The notes beneath the pieces were generated by a model. It did no database searches. It saw only the letters and a program-made list of their open reading frames with translations, and was not told where the DNA came from. From Octopus vulgaris (lineage: Eukaryota), in NCBI GenBank assembly GCA_951406725.2, contig OX597835.1, forward strand, positions 5,890,001 to 5,954,000: a stretch of DNA of 64,000 bases. Direction: 5' to 3'. Below, one piece after another: positions 25,066 to 40,149 of the stretch (its first letter is position 1; each line of letters begins with the position of its first letter). The position numbers and the translations under genes are program-made.

Positions 25066-25560
25066 TGTGTATACATATATACATATATACACACACATAT
25101 ATATATGTGTGTGTATGTATTAATGTATGCATGAATGTAAGTATGTATGTCCAATTTCATGCTTGTGGTGCTACTACGTTTTCGTTTCTTCTCTTCCCAA
25201 CGGACGTGAATTCTTCGCGGTCACCTCCAAACAGACACAAATAGGATTTATCATCCTCCGTTTCATAACAACCCCAAAACATCTGATGTGCAGTGCTGCA
25301 ATATTGATTAATTATTGCAATCATTTTGTGTGGTTATCACCTGCTTTGAGGTGCAAATTAAGAAAACCAATTAAATTCTGTTTGGGTTTGTGTAAAGAGA
25401 GAAAAAAACCAAACTGCGGTTTAACCAGTAAGTTTGCTTTGAAGTTAAGTTGCGTCTATAATAGTGATAACTGTATGCATGCTTGTATGTGTATATGTAT
25501 GCTTCTATGAATATTTGTGTACACATACATGGATACACATACATATATATGTGTATATGT

Positions 25561-25654
<94 letters not shown>

Positions 25655-25685
25655 AAAATATGCATACAAACACATACATATAGAG

Positions 25686-25904
25686 CAGTGCTTTTCAACC
25701 TTTTTGCTGGAGCGGAACCCTAAGAAAATATTCCTCTGGCTCGAGGAACCCCTGTGCAATAATTTAATAGTCTTATGCACACATATCTGCACAGGAGAAT
25801 TAAAAATTACTGTCGGTTTTAGCACTTTTGTAACTTCTTGCGGAACCCCTGGACTTTACTGGCGGAACCCTAAGGTTCCGTGGAACCCTGGTTGAAAACC
25901 ACTG
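25686..25904. mobile_element. hAT-type MITE with 8-bp TSD
   Basis: TIRs CAGTGCTTTTCAACC / GGTTGAAAACCACTG; ATATAGAG at 25678-25685 and 25905-25912; repeated GGAACCC subterminal motifs. Confidence 0.92.
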
Positions 25905-25912
25905 ATATAGAG

Positions 25913-26300
25913 GCACATACACGGCTGTGCGGTTAAGAAGCTTATTTCCCAACTACGTGGACTTCATTTCAGTCCTGCCGTGCAGCTGTTTGGGCAAATG
26001 ACATCTGCAATAGCCCCGGGTCGACCAAATCCTTGTGTGCGAATTTGGCGACGAAAGCTAAAAGGAGCCAGTCGTATGTATAAGCAAACATCTTTTTCTG
26101 CGGGTTTATGTTGATTTGCATCCCGCCACTGCTTCACAACCGGTGTTCATTCGTTAAACTCTCAGTAATTTAACGGTCCAGCACAAAATACCGATAGATG
26201 AAATACCATGCTTAAACATTACGTATTGGGATCGATTTCTCGGGATAACCGATCAAGACGGTGACCCAGCATGGCCGCTGTCCAATGACTGATAAAAGAA
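25913..26300 (+). mobile_element. Old diverged SINE-B
   Basis: ggctgtgcggttaagaagctt..ttgggcaaatg..ccagcatggccgc..aatgactga. Confidence 0.72.
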
Positions 26301-26394
26301 AAAATACTGTTGAGATTTGTGTTTTCAGTTGTTTGTTTTAGTTTTAAAACAGAGGCATTGATGCTTATAAAGTTAAATATATTCTGCTGTTCAC

Positions 26395-26780
26395 TGTAGG
26401 CACCGAAGCGAATGAAACAGTTGGTAGAACTTGAGACAATCCAGCGTCGATACACGAAGAAGATTCACAGATGAGCTACGAGGGAGGGCTAAAGGAACTG
26501 AAGCTTTACTCTCAAGAGAGAAGGTGTGAAAGATATGCAGTGATATGGAAGATCCTGGAAGGTCTTGCACCCAACTTTGGAATTGAAAGCTATACCAGCC
26601 ATCGAACTGGACGGCACTGCACAGTACCAAAGACGCCGTTTTTTCTATCTTGAATTAGGACTCAGTCTGTAACAGCTTAGGGCCTAAGGGATCACAACTG
26701 TTCAATATTCTATCAAACAATTTCAGTGATTTGTGAGGAGTAGATGTGGTGGTCTTCAAAGGGCGACTGAATAAATTTCT
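26395..26780 (+). mobile_element. CR1/L2-like LINE ORF2 3' fragment
   Basis: LETIQRRYTKKI..MSYEGGLKELKLYSQERRCERY..WKILEGLAPN resembles the LExVQRRxTK..SYxERLxxLxLxSLERR motif. Confidence 0.78.
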
Positions 26781-26879
26781 GAGACACCAGCATGGAAACC
26801 AGCAAAACGTAAGCGATAAAAGATTTTATGTTATATATGATTGCATATGGAAATGTATTTGTATATATAAGTCATATTA

Positions 26880-27600
26880 TATAATTGTACCACCACCTAA
26901 CGACTTGCCTAAAGCGAGTAAAATGTTTAAATTGTGTGGCTCATTATTTATCAATGCTGTAGCAGTTATTTCGTTCCGCTCGGAAAATATTTCTAAAACA
27001 GCTATAAATTCTAGTTTTCCCGAAAAAAATAGTATATCAACTGCATGAAAATATATGTCTCGTGACATTAAGATGCACAATTCGAAAATATTGCGGCTAA
27101 TCATGCAATTGCGAACTATGGAGCTTTCATGCCTGAAAATCCAATTCAAAGAGAGAATTATTCCATATCGATCTGCCAACTTTCTCAGTAATACATCAAC
27201 TTCCATAGGACTTACAAAATACCCCTTCAAAAAAATATCGGCTGCGCAAATACAACAGTTCGTTCTATCACCAAGGGGGTGATAGAACGTTAGATATTGT
27301 ATGGAAGCCTGTTTTATTCTTTACTTTGTATCAAATATGTCTGAAGTGGAACAGTCAAACTGCACAATTCTCTTCATAATTTCTTTAAATGAGACGACTA
27401 GCTTCATCCATCTCCGTCGTCATCTTTATGCAGCTATTCAAAATGACCTTACCTGTTGATCATATCAAATAATTTTACTAAGTTTACAGAAAAAGTGTGA
27501 AGAGCCTTCTCCTATTCAGAATACTATCGCCGTAGTAAATCAAATAAACCTGAATTCACTTTGACTGTTGGTACTACACTTTAGATCTTACTATTCAGGT
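26880..27600 (-). mobile_element. Ancient non-LTR (RTE-like) reverse transcriptase relic
   Basis: EKALHTFSVNLVKLFDMINR (FVDLxKAFD-like) followed by ..NVLSP; many stop codons. Confidence 0.5.
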
Positions 27601-27758
27601 GATAACATTTCAATAATACCATAGTGTATATACGCAGTGATACTGTACTCTGCACTATAGCATCCACTCTATCTTTCCTTTTTTTAAATTAGAAGTCATG
27701 ATTTTCTGTTGTTATGTTTCATCACTACACTATTATAAAAGGAGAAATTAAAATTAAA

Positions 27759-27847
<89 letters not shown>

Positions 27848-28129
27848 TTATGTGAAATAGAAAGATGAATAATCTTGTAGTAGATTAATCAAAAGTTTAA
27901 CCGATACCTTAGTAGCAAAAATCACAATCTATATATACATATAGATACATGAACTTAAACATGTATAGATATATTTTATTATTTGTGTTTCTGTATAAAT
28001 GCGCATATTTTGTGCTTATCTAAATCTGTCTCCGCATGACAGCTGGCATTGTTCCCCTTGGTTTCCCGTATTCCAGCAGTCCCAGCATTACTCCTCCTGT
28101 CCAGGGATATGAAAAAATAACAGATTAAC

Positions 28130-28210
<81 letters not shown>

Positions 28211-28295
28211 AGAGTTTACGAAAAAAACAAAAGACGAAGACAGGTGGTGTACAAAACAAACAAATGTATTAGTATAATACTCAGGATAGAAAAAG

Positions 28296-28333
28296 TCTTT
28301 TATGTTTCGAGCCTACGCTCTTCTACAGAAAGG
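28296..28333 (-). ncRNA. Minimal hammerhead-like motif (A6U family) in repeat 28208-28370
   Basis: ccttt-CTGTAGA-a-gagc gtag gctc-GAAA-ca-TA-aaaga; same family as 41989-42026. Confidence 0.5.
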
Positions 28334-28752
28334 GACACAGAAAAAACAAGGAGAGAAAAAAGGATAGAAAAAATATATATATACATACATCGATCATTTT
28401 ACATCTGCCAACTCGCCATTTTCACCAGTAGGCTTAAGGCTGACACCCTTACCCACAATACGCTGCCTATATATTTTTTACTTTCTTAATGAATTGGTTT
28501 TATTGATTTTAGTCCCTGTTGTCTGTGTTTGTTTTAGATTGTAAACACCATTATAGGAGATTTGTCTGTGTCTTCCTGAGATAAGTCAAAAAATAATTTT
28601 TTGTGTGTTTTTCTTTTTTTTTAAATTTTCTTGTAATTTTTTACTACATACATCAAACTATTCTGAATGTGTATGTGTATGTGTATGGGCATACATCTGT
28701 TTAGATTGTACCCCACTTAAATACATACATTTATAGATTTATATATATATAA

Positions 28753-28809
<57 letters not shown>

Positions 28810-28811
<2 letters not shown>

Positions 28812-29230
28812 CGTAGGAGTGGCTGTGTGGTAAGTAGCTTGCTTACCAACCACATGGTTCTGGGTTCATTCCCACTGCGTGGCACCTTGGGCAAGTGTCT
28901 TCTACTATAGCCTCGGGCCGACCAAAGCCTTGTGAGTAGATTTGGTAGACGGAAACTGAAAGAAGCCCGTTGTATATATATATATATTTATGTATATATA
29001 TATGCGTGTGCGTGTTTGTGTGTCTGTGTTTGTCCCCCCAACATCGCTTGACAACCGATGCTGGTGTGTTTACGTCCCCGTAACTTGGCGGTTCGGCAAA
29101 AGAGACCGATAGAATAAGTACTAGGCTTACAAAGAATAAGTCCTGGGGTCGATTTGCTCGACTAAAGGCGGTGCTCCAGCATGGCCACAGTCAAATGACT
29201 GAAACAGGTAAAAGAGTAAAGAGTAAAGAG
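28810..29230 (+). mobile_element. SINE-B, young full-length copy
   Basis: ggcgtaggagtggctgtgtggtaag..ccttgggcaagtg..internal (TA)/(TG)..tail gtaaaagagtaaagag; follows (TA)n. Confidence 0.92.
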
Positions 29231-29669
29231 TATATACATATATAAATGTGTGTGTGTATGTAAATAAAAGAGATAGGGAAAGCCGTCGAGTACCACAATT
29301 GTTTCAAAAGCACATAGAATGTATCTTACACTTCATGTTACTAATGAATATTCCGTCGCCGTCTGGTGTAGTTTCCCTTGAGGTACTTAACGATATTTCA
29401 GTTGAAAATGTCGTACATAGCTGAGTAGAATTCTCACACCTGAGAGTCACGGGATACTCGTGTTATCACGAACTAAACATTCGTAATATCGCGGATGAAG
29501 TAACTGTAGCACTTGATGATTTCTTCATCCCTTTTTGTTTGCAAATTTGTTGATTGCATTAAAAGAAGCGGGGTTTTTTTTGCTTTCGAAATCGAGTCGC
29601 AGAGCTCTCGTCATCGGAGTTTTCTGTCTGATGTCGATATGGAGCGAAGTGTACTTTTTGCTTATACTC

Positions 29670-29867
29670 TTTTATTTGTTTCAGTCATTCGACTGTGGCC
29701 ATGCTGGAGCACCGCCTTTAGTCGACCAAATCGAACCCAGGACTTATTCTTTGTAAGCCTAGTACTTATTCTATCGGACTCCTTTTTGCCGAACCGTTAA
29801 GTGACGGGGACGTAAACACATCAGGATCGGTTGTCAAGCGATGTTGGGGACAAACACAGGCACACAA

Positions 29868-29945
<78 letters not shown>

Positions 29946-29952
29946 GACGGGC
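29670..29952 (-). mobile_element. SINE-B 3' half
   Basis: ttgtttcagtcattcgactgtggccatgctggagcaccgcc. Confidence 0.85.
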
Positions 29953-30510
29953 TATGTGTGGTATGAAGGTAAAAAGAATAGCAATAATAATTGGAGCATT
30001 AGGCTTGATGAAAAAAAAAGCATGAACAAAAACATGGAAGCTATATATGGATCCTCAACACTACAAACTCTCCAGAAAATAGCCCTGCTAGGAACAGCCC
30101 ACATCCTATGCAAGACTCTATCAATCCAATAATACAACATAAACAAAAGTTTATATCTACTCTAACTCCCCGCAGCCTTCTACTGATATTAACCGTCTTC
30201 CACTTTCCTTTATAGGTAAGTATAATCTTGCTGCTCCTGCTCTTGTGTAGAATCTTCCATTCATATCGAATTCCTTCCTACTTCTTCTGTCTAGCTTTAC
30301 TAATTCAGTTTTTGTCCAATCTACGAAAGCTGCTGAGTACCTGAGTAATGATACAACCCAAGCATTTACAGCCTTCACTAGAATCGGACCATTTAGCCTT
30401 GGCTTCAGTAGTTTCCACACCCTTTTGGTGTACTCCTTTTCAATTTTCGTTCTTATTTCTGTCGTTAGTACTCTGTCAGATTCTAATACTCCTAGGTACT
30501 TATAACGCTC
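29953..30510. mobile_element. R4/Dong-like LINE fragments (3' end on plus 29953-30135; RT region on minus 30157-30510)
   Basis: IIIGALG..LQKIALLGTAHIL..LSIQ-stop; LNGPILVKAVNAW..ELVKLDRRSRK..RLYLPIKESGRRLISVE. Confidence 0.72.
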
Positions 30511-30599
30511 TCCACTTTCAGGCGTCTAGAAACATTCTTGGGAACATCTCGCACTTTAGTACTAGTTGGGGACTGGAATAGTATTTTGAATGCACGGAA

Positions 30600-31370
30600 C
30601 GACTGAATGGGTTTATACGTAGTTGAATGTGGTGTAAAAGCCTCGAAAACTTGCCCGGGACTTCCCAGCTTTCTGACACGTACCGACTGGATTTCCCTGA
30701 TGTGCCAGTGTGACCATGGAGCTACCACAGCGGGTCATCCTTATCGTACTTAGATAGAGTATTTGTAAGGTCAGAAGAGAGAGATATTATAGGTTGTTCA
30801 CAATTTAAATTGGTCGGCTACACAGATCGCAAATTTGTGATATAGTCAGTTGATTTTGATAGGACCCGGTTAAGATAGTCAGTCGACTTAGATAGACAGA
30901 GACTCGGTTCCTGGAAGTTGAAAGCATCTTTACCGACTCGCAAAGACTACAGGGACCGGATTAACGAACTAATTAAGCGGCAGTTGACGAAGGCTATCGC
31001 CAACGACCGGTGGTAGATCGCTTTGAAGACAGCGATTAGAATAGAATCGATAGCGTTTAGCAAAGGTCTGGCAATTGAAAGAAATAGATTAGAGGGAGTT
31101 GGCAAACTAGAAGAGGCCATTAGTAAAGGCATCGCGACCGACGTGTTAGCGGCGACAATGGCTCTTGATCTTTTCTTTGATGTGAAATACGAAGGCTACG
31201 TTGTCAGAGCTAAGGTCCATGCACCAAAACACGAAGGAACTTAAACCGTCCGAGGGTCCCGAACGGTAGAAATTCGACGTAGAAACAAAACCCCGATCAA
31301 GTCCTTGACGGACCAGGACGGACGCGTGCTGCTCGGTTATGAGCAGATGTGTGCGGTATTTGCAATTTAT
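30600..31370 (+). mobile_element. Tx1/L1-like LINE ORF2 fragment
   Basis: SYLDRVFV (APE endonuclease end) and GSWKLK (GxWKLN-like), then helical linker; frameshifted. Confidence 0.62.
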
Positions 31371-31416
31371 CATTATTATTATTTATTTGCAATTTATTAT
31401 TATTTATTTATTTATT

Positions 31417-31543
<127 letters not shown>

Positions 31544-31604
31544 GGATGGATGGATGGATGGATGGATGGATGGATGGATGGATGGATGGATGGATGGATG
31601 GATG

Positions 31605-31667
<63 letters not shown>

Positions 31668-32097
31668 GGATGCACACCATCACGAAAGCATGCATTCACG
31701 CATGCATAAATTGCTGCACACACGTTCCATTTATGGACGACTGTGCAGTATTAAAGACGTACCTAAAAATAGACACAAACACACGCATGCATAACACACA
31801 CACACACACACGCATAGGCTTGGGATGCGGGAAGCAAGTCTTAGGCCCGCCACCCTGTAATTCATACTCCGACTACTCCCCAACCATTACAGTAATGCTC
31901 TTAAACATAACTTCGATTGCCATTTTGTTATGTTCTAATCTGGCTTCGACTTTGCCACGACTTTTCCTTTTTCTTCCCCCTCACACGCTTTCTCTCTCTC
32001 TCTCTCTTTCACCTCACTCCATTACACACACACACACATACATCCATGCAGGCACTTACACATCACATCTTATATTTCTCTCTCTAATTCTATCTAC

Positions 32098-32150
<53 letters not shown>

Positions 32151-32151
32151 A

Positions 32152-32209
<58 letters not shown>

Positions 32210-33114
32210 TTATCTATCTATCTTTCCCTCTCCCTCTGCCTACATCTCCCTCTGCCTACCTCTCCCTCTCCCTCTCCGTCTAAAATGAGTTATTTCGCTC
32301 TATCCGTTTTCCATAAAAGATCTGCTCATCTCCCTCTTACACTCATTTCCTTACTCTCTCACTACCATATATGTATGTCTTATATATATATATATCACTC
32401 CAGCGTTCTATCTATCTGTTTATTTATCTGTTGTTTTGTCTGTCTATCTGTCGGTTTGTTTCCATGTATGCATGTATGTATGTATGTATGTATGTATGTA
32501 TGTATGTATGTATGTATGTATGTAGGTATGTATGTACGTATGTATGTATGCATGTATGTATGTATGTATGTATGTACGTATGTATGTATGTATGCATGTA
32601 TGTATGTATGTATGTTTGTATGTATGTATATATGTATGTATTGAATCTTGTTTCTTTTTTATTATGAGTATATATGTGCGTATGTATATATGTACGTACG
32701 TATGTATATATGTACGTATGAATGTATGTATGTATGTATGAATGTATGTATGTATGTATATATGTATGTGTGTGTGTGTGTGCGTCCGTGCGTGCGTGTG
32801 TGCGTGTGTGTGTGGGTGGGTGGGTGCAAGCATGTATGTGTAATTCCATGTATGAAGAAGACGGGGACAGGAAGAAGCAGTGAAAACGTATCACAAATTT
32901 ATGCCCATGTTTTAAATATTCCATGAATACTTTTAGCTCCTCTTATACGAAAAAAATCATCTGTGTACGTGGGCGCAGCGGCGTGTATGTGTGTGTTTGT
33001 GTGATGGCTGGTGTGTGAGTGTTTGTGTTTGTACTTGTGACCCCACCTACGCTTGGGAACGTGTGTTAGTTTCTTTATGTCACCGTAATGTAGCTGTTCG
33101 GGAAAGGATACAGG

Positions 33115-33147
<33 letters not shown>

Positions 33148-33191
33148 AGGGAGAGAGAGAGAGAGAGGGAGAGAGAGGGGGAGAGGGATGG

Positions 33192-33233
<42 letters not shown>

Positions 33234-33238
33234 GGATG

Positions 33239-33316
<78 letters not shown>

Positions 33317-35125
33317 CAGATAGATAGATAGATAGATAGATAGAGGTGGATGGATAGATAGATAGACAGATAGATACATGCATACATACATACATACATA
33401 CATACATACATACATACATAGGCAGGCAGGAAGGCAGCCAGACAGACAAACAGACAGACATATAGATAGACAGAAAGATAAAGAGAGAGAGAGAAAGGAA
33501 GATAGATAGATAAATAGATAGACGGACGGACGGGCGGACGGACGGACGGACGGACGGACGGACGGACGGATGGTTGGATGGATGGATGGATGGATGGACG
33601 GACGGACGGACGGACGGACGGATGGATGGATGGATGGATGGATTGCCTTGCAGAGTGTGTCTGCTGGTGTATGTAAATAATTCTTCATGCAATGAGTAAT
33701 ATTGAAGTCAGTATATGTATGCAGTATATGTATATGTATGCAATTTAACAAAAGGTTGAATCATATGTACGGGAGATTTTGGTTTGTTTATGGGAAAAAT
33801 AGAAAAATAAGAGAGAATATTTATTTTATGAGAGCTGTGTATCAAGTCTATAAAATTGTGCCTAAATATATAAGGTGTATATATAGAATGCGTAAGGTAA
33901 TCATCATATTCCAATTTCTTTCACTTTTCAAGAAGTAGCAGATGAGCGATTATCTTTCTATACGGACACAACACAGATTACGTCTTCAGGTTTTCTGGAT
34001 AAAGTTTTCAGAAATAACCCAATAAGTTAACCATTAATTCCGTGAAATATTCGCGAGTCCCGCTAATATACAATAATTTTATCTGCATAAATTTTTCACA
34101 CAAACAAGATATTTCTTCGGACGCTATAACAATTGCACCAATTCATCCCCCACCCACCATAGATGGTATTTTATTTTATTGACCGTGGAAGTATAAAAAT
34201 GAAACGAACTTCATCGAGATTTGAACTCAGATCACAGAAAACCCAAACAAATACCGCGAGTAATTTTTTGCTACGCTCAAACAGCTCTCACGTTACGGTT
34301 TCTCGAATTGAATGCGAACTGTCTGTGCGTTTGGCTACGTTGTGTTGTCTCTGGATACGTTTACCTAGTATTCTATAAAGATACAAACTAGTATAGAAAT
34401 ATGTAAATTAATAGAAGAAAGGAAATTGAAGGAGAAGGGAAAGAGTTATGTGATAGAAATACATAAAAATGGAAATCACTTGAATCAAAAAAAATACTGT
34501 GAAGAACGATGAGTTTTATTGAAAAGGGAAACAGAAAAAATAATAAAAATTAATAAAAATATTTGCATAAATAATTAAAATATGAGAAAAAAGAGCTCGT
34601 AGGAATTTGAAAACTGGAAATTTTCATTAAAATTCTCCCAAATCAATGAGGATTTTGAAATTAGTATAGTTTTTTGGATGCTGTAAATTTTGGAAAAGAG
34701 ACACGTGGTGCAGTTTATTATGTTTGTTTGTTTGTTTAGAGTTGCTAAGGAATAAATACTTACAACGTAAACTAGCAGATTTGGAATTATTGAAGGAAAA
34801 GGAGATTTGTGTTGGAAAATTGGAAAAAAAAAAAAATGTTTGTTATAAGAATATTTCGGTGCAGAGGAAAATGGAATGAAACAAACGTTGAAACAGAACA
34901 GAATAAAGTATAAAGATCAATAACAAATATTATTTATTTCAGAAAGGAAAGTGGAAGATAATGCATTAATTATTATTTCTTTCATGTGAGACACGGATTA
35001 TTGAGTGGTTACTGGGATACAAATATTCCATTCAAGTGAAGGAAAATAATTCAGCCTTCAATAATATTTCTAAAAACCTCCAGGTAAATGCTCTTTAAAC
35101 GTTTAACTACGCAAATTTCTAAAAT

Positions 35126-35165
<40 letters not shown>

Positions 35166-35790
35166 TTTTGGTTGGAAAATAAATACACAAATACATAAGA
35201 ACCACGGAAATATCAAAATGTTCTCTTTTTATTTTTTTTTGGTCTTTTTGTTTCTCTTTTTTTTTTTGCATTCCTAAATACAGACATTCAGAAAGCAAAA
35301 AGATTTGAAGCGAAATCTTTAGTTCACAGAAAAATATGAAAAGTTAACGGTCTTTAAATGTCAATTCCTTCTTTTATAAATAAAAAATATTCAAGATACA
35401 AGGAGAAGGTGAAGCGCCGGATAAAAGCCATTAGGATATATGTTGCAGTGATCTGCGTTCTGAGTTCGAATTCCACCAAAGTCAACTTCGTCTTTCTGCC
35501 CATCCAGAGTCAATAGAAAAACGTACCAGCGCAATGGTGATGTAACCGTATCTTCCACTAGCTGTAACATTTTTATATTTCAGCTAGAGTTAGGGTGGTA
35601 GGGCTATGAATAAATATGGGTTTATTTCACTACATGAGGACCTAAAGCAATTAGTGAAAGTATGGTACCATGCTTCCAAAGGGACAGCAACACTATAGAC
35701 AGACAGACGGACGGACAAACAGATAGACAGCCAGATAGGTAGACAGACAGATAGATAGACAGACAGATAGACAAACAGACAGGTTGACAT

Positions 35791-35848
<58 letters not shown>

Positions 35849-35854
35849 GGATCG

Positions 35855-35933
<79 letters not shown>

Positions 35934-35999
35934 CCGGGAACGGCTGAAAACGTTAAGACTGTATTTCCTGAAACGAAGGTGGGAAAGATATACAGTGGT

Positions 36000-36315
36000 A
36001 TACATGGAAAATCCTGGAATATCTTTTACCAAACTTTGCCATTGAAAGTTACACAAACGCCAGAACGGGGCGCCACTGCATAGTGCCAAAGATCCCAAAA
36101 TCACCATCAAGATACAGGACCAGATTCTGCAACAGCTTGGATTTCAAGGGCCCGCAGCACTTCAATATTTCTCCCCCAAAATCTGAGGGACCTACATGTG
36201 GTGAATGTGTGTGTCTTCAAAACAAAACTGAGTCTCCTTTTGTCAAGAGTTTCGCATGAACCTAGCACGAGGGAGAATACGTAAATGAGGGTAGCAACTC
36301 CATCCTTCACCAAAT
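36000..36315 (+). mobile_element. CR1/L2-like LINE 3' fragment
   Basis: tggaaaatcctgga..aacagcttggatttcaagggcccgcag, homologous to 21420-21695 and 26545-26770. Confidence 0.72.
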
Positions 36316-36430
36316 ACCACATAACATATACAGATTCGAAGAAAGTCGCAGTAGTAGTAGTAGTAGCAGCAGTAGTAGTAGTAGCAGCAATAGCAGTATC
36401 AGTCGTAACAGCGGTAGCAGCAGCAGTGGC

Positions 36431-36463
<33 letters not shown>

Positions 36464-37827
36464 TGTAGTAGTAGTAGTAGTAGTAGTAAAAGGTTATATA
36501 TTTACTAAAAACACAGACCGTTTAACGTTTCTCTTAATTAATTAACGTTGCCAACAATTCCACCTCTTAATTAATTAACGTTGCCAACAATTCCACTGTT
36601 ATGTTAATTTACGAACACTAATTTACTTAGAAACAAATTTGTGTATTCTATAAATAGGCCTTCACATACCCCGCACTTGATAGCCAGGAAAACGAGGAAT
36701 CGATCTTTAATGGAGTAGGATGAAAAAAAAAGCAAAATACCAGAATCACCATTCTCCTGACCTGCTTCTGAACAGGGGGGGGGGATGATGGTGTTTATCT
36801 ACAGATTCTAAAGTTCACAACGAGGCTAAATATTAAAGGCGTACGTACAACACGCACCAGATGTTGACGATGTTTAGGCAATATTTTATCGATCCGTGTT
36901 TACTCGTATTCTAAAACGAAGTGTTTTCATTTGTTTATTATGATTCGTAAATGCCAAACTATACCTTGGACTCTCAGTGGTGCGACACACGGAGGGCCTT
37001 GGGAATTTTAGATTCGACAGAGCCCAACCTTCTCGAGATCTTACCAGAGTCAATTTCATCCTGAGAGAGAGCGGGGAAGGAGGATGCCCAGTTAAAAAAA
37101 ACAGAATTCTAAAAGGAAAAGAATCTATCCAATTGCAGTACTTTACGTATCGACCCCAAAAGGATGAAACCCAAGAGCATCCAACAAAAAATAAATTTTA
37201 AAACATATCTATGTTAAGAATTTAATGTTCGTTAAATGCACTGATCCCCCAAATAAATATTTTTCGTTCGACCAATTTTCTACTTTATATGACAACAAAA
37301 AAATTATAATTTGGCATAGTTAATTGGCGTAAAAAAAAATCAATAAACAATAATCAAAAAACATTAAATTATATCAAAATTTGATAAACTAATGGAAGTG
37401 GATATTAAAAATTTATAGCCGCTAATTTTATTATATGTAAAATGTTATATTTTTACGCGATCTTTCAAATTATAATTTGCATTTGAACCTAACTTGAACC
37501 AAGAACTTGCAAATACCTTTTGATAAAGTATAGACATTTTATTAAATTGGTTTTTGATTTTGACAATATATTATTTATTTTAATGTTTAGCATCGCTGTT
37601 TACTATTATTCTTGTAAATTTTCTATGTCCTTTAGTACTCTTCTCGTGATCGTCCGGTCCGGACACGGCAAGGGCAGCGAAGAACGAAACTAAGAGGTAC
37701 GTCGAACGCATCTCCAGGCTGGACAAATGAGGACTGATTTACCATAGTAGCGTCAAGAGCATGTTAGGTCTGACCTAAGAAGGGACTCGAGGTGTGGTTA
37801 AGCTGACCATCTGAAACTTGCTCTGTC

Positions 37828-38332
37828 GTGTTACTGGTACTTATTTAATCGACCCCGAAACGATGAAAGGCAAAGTCAACCTCGGCGGAATTTGAACTCA
37901 GAACGTAACGGCAGACGAAATACGTATTTCATCACTACCCACAGGGGGCTAAACATAGAGAGGACAAACAAGGGCAGACAAACGGATTAAGTCGATTACA
38001 TCGACCCCAGTGCGTAACTGGTACTTAATTTATCGACCCCGAAAGGATGAAAGGCAAAGTCGACCTCAATGGAATTTGAACTCAGAACGTAACGGCAGAC
38101 GAAATACCTATTTCTTTACTACCCACAAGGGGCTAAACACAGAGGGTCAAACAAGGACAGACAAACGGATTAAGTCGATTATATCGACCCCAGTGCGTAA
38201 CTGGTACTTATTTAATCGACTCCGAAAGGATGAAAGGCAAAGTCGACCTCGGCGGAATTTGAACTCAGAACGTAACGGCAGACGAAATACCGCTAAGCAT
38301 TTCGCCCGGCGTGCTAACGTTTCTGCCAGCTA
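37828..38332 (-). mobile_element. Trimeric SINE-A, young
   Basis: Three cores at about 183-bp period (about 37880, 38065, 38248). Confidence 0.88.
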
Positions 38333-38967
38333 CTACCGTCTTGTTGGGGAGAGTTTCTGGGTAGCAAAAGCCCACGAGTGTTGATTCTGAGCCGCTTGCT
38401 CATTTTCTAATAGGAGAAGGTTGACCCTACGCATTCCCCGATCTAGAAGAGTATTTCTGTTTAAATACATGTCACCAGATAAGGTACAGTGTGTTCTAGT
38501 TACTCTTTCCCAGCGCTAAATCAACTCGTATTTCTGTATGGCTAAATGTTCCGGCAGCAATGATTAAGAAAACATAAGACCAAAGTACCTTAGCATTTAT
38601 AAACTGTGAAAAACGCTATCATGAATGATCCGACTCACGCTTCTTTCATTTATTTCAGAGTAAATAAATACCGGAAGTTCCATAAAAAAATTTTCACTTT
38701 AGAGGCACTAAAGAGGGGTTTTTATTTTCACTTTTCAATGAAACTAAAAGCAAATTTTACATTCCAGTTCCAACTTCATCTGCAATATTTTCAAGCTTCC
38801 ATTTCTCCTGGTCTTGTACTTTATCAGGTTCGATTAGCTAACAACATTATCACATCTACGTACGCGTTTTCCTCATACCGTGCATACACACATGCACACA
38901 TACACATCCACATACATATACACAGATGTGTATATTTCTCTCTCTCTCCCTCTGTATATATATATAT

Positions 38968-39024
<57 letters not shown>

Positions 39025-39353
39025 AGTATCTATGTATGTATGTATGAAATGAAAACAGGTACTTTCGAAGAGTAGCGTTCGCTTTATCTCGTATTTGACT
39101 GCCTTCCATTACGTCAATACTCACTTTACGTTTGGTATCATACGAAGATGATGAAATAAGCAGCATGCAACGTACTAAGATCGATATAATCGATAAAAAC
39201 CCTTAGAAGTGGTGAGCCAGCATGTTTCCAAAAGAATGGTTGGAATTGAAAGACACACGCGTACAATATACACAGCGCACACAAAACGCATGCTTTATTT
39301 TATACTTATATTTTATATATATGCGTGTGTGTGAGAGAGAGCGCGGGAGAGAG

Positions 39354-39409
<56 letters not shown>

Positions 39410-40149
39410 TGTAAGCATATACGTGCACGAACGTATAAACGTACATACATATTTACACACGATCATTCGCATATATCTATATATACTCATATATACATAC
39501 ATATAATTGCGCTATATAGGCATCTGTCTGAATGTATGTATACACATGCATGCCTGCCAACGTGAGATTATTTATTAATACAAAGAAAACACAACGATAA
39601 CATTGGTAGGCATGCAAGGTAAACTTACAAGCGTGTGTTCTGTTTTTAGTGAGCATCCATTGTAAGCTCGCTGTCAAAAGTGACATAATCGTTAACCCAG
39701 GTTTTTTTCTGCCTGTGGGTCAAAAAAGTCATCGATCTAAGTCGTTCGATCTTATATTAACAAACACTTTCACAAACTGATTATATGCTTCTCTCCGTAA
39801 AAATACTAGTAGCGCAAACAAAAACATTTTTAGCGCAAACAAAAACAGAGTTACATTGCTCTGCCCTCTCTAGATAAACATGCAGGCTTCAGTAACGACA
39901 AATCTATAAAATCCCTTCTGTCTGTGTGTGTGTGTGTCTTCTATGAATTTTTAAGCATTGAACGGCTATGAGGGTCCACAGGTGAAAAAATGGTTAAGAA
40001 TAACTGGATTTTATCATGAAAAAGTGTAAACTTGAAATAACTTCAAATATTTGGAATTGTGGACAGAAAGCTTAAAGAAGAGAGATGGGGAAAAAAGAAC
40101 CAAATTGGCATGGTCAGCAATGAACAAAATGTTTAAAATATGTCAGTCA

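Noticed and set aside
27445-27460. Strong minus-strand splice donor CAG|GTAAGG as an upstream exon of the receptor
   Set aside because: It lies inside a stop-riddled RT relic with no supporting acceptor or exon; exonisation cannot be excluded without RNA data.
31670-32644. 324-aa ORF, and similar long ORFs at 16025-16789, 44078-44881, 50678-51325 and 54480-55688
   Set aside because: Stop-free only because they run through (TA), (TG), (TATC) or (TATG) microsatellites; the peptides are YI/CV/LSIY repeats.
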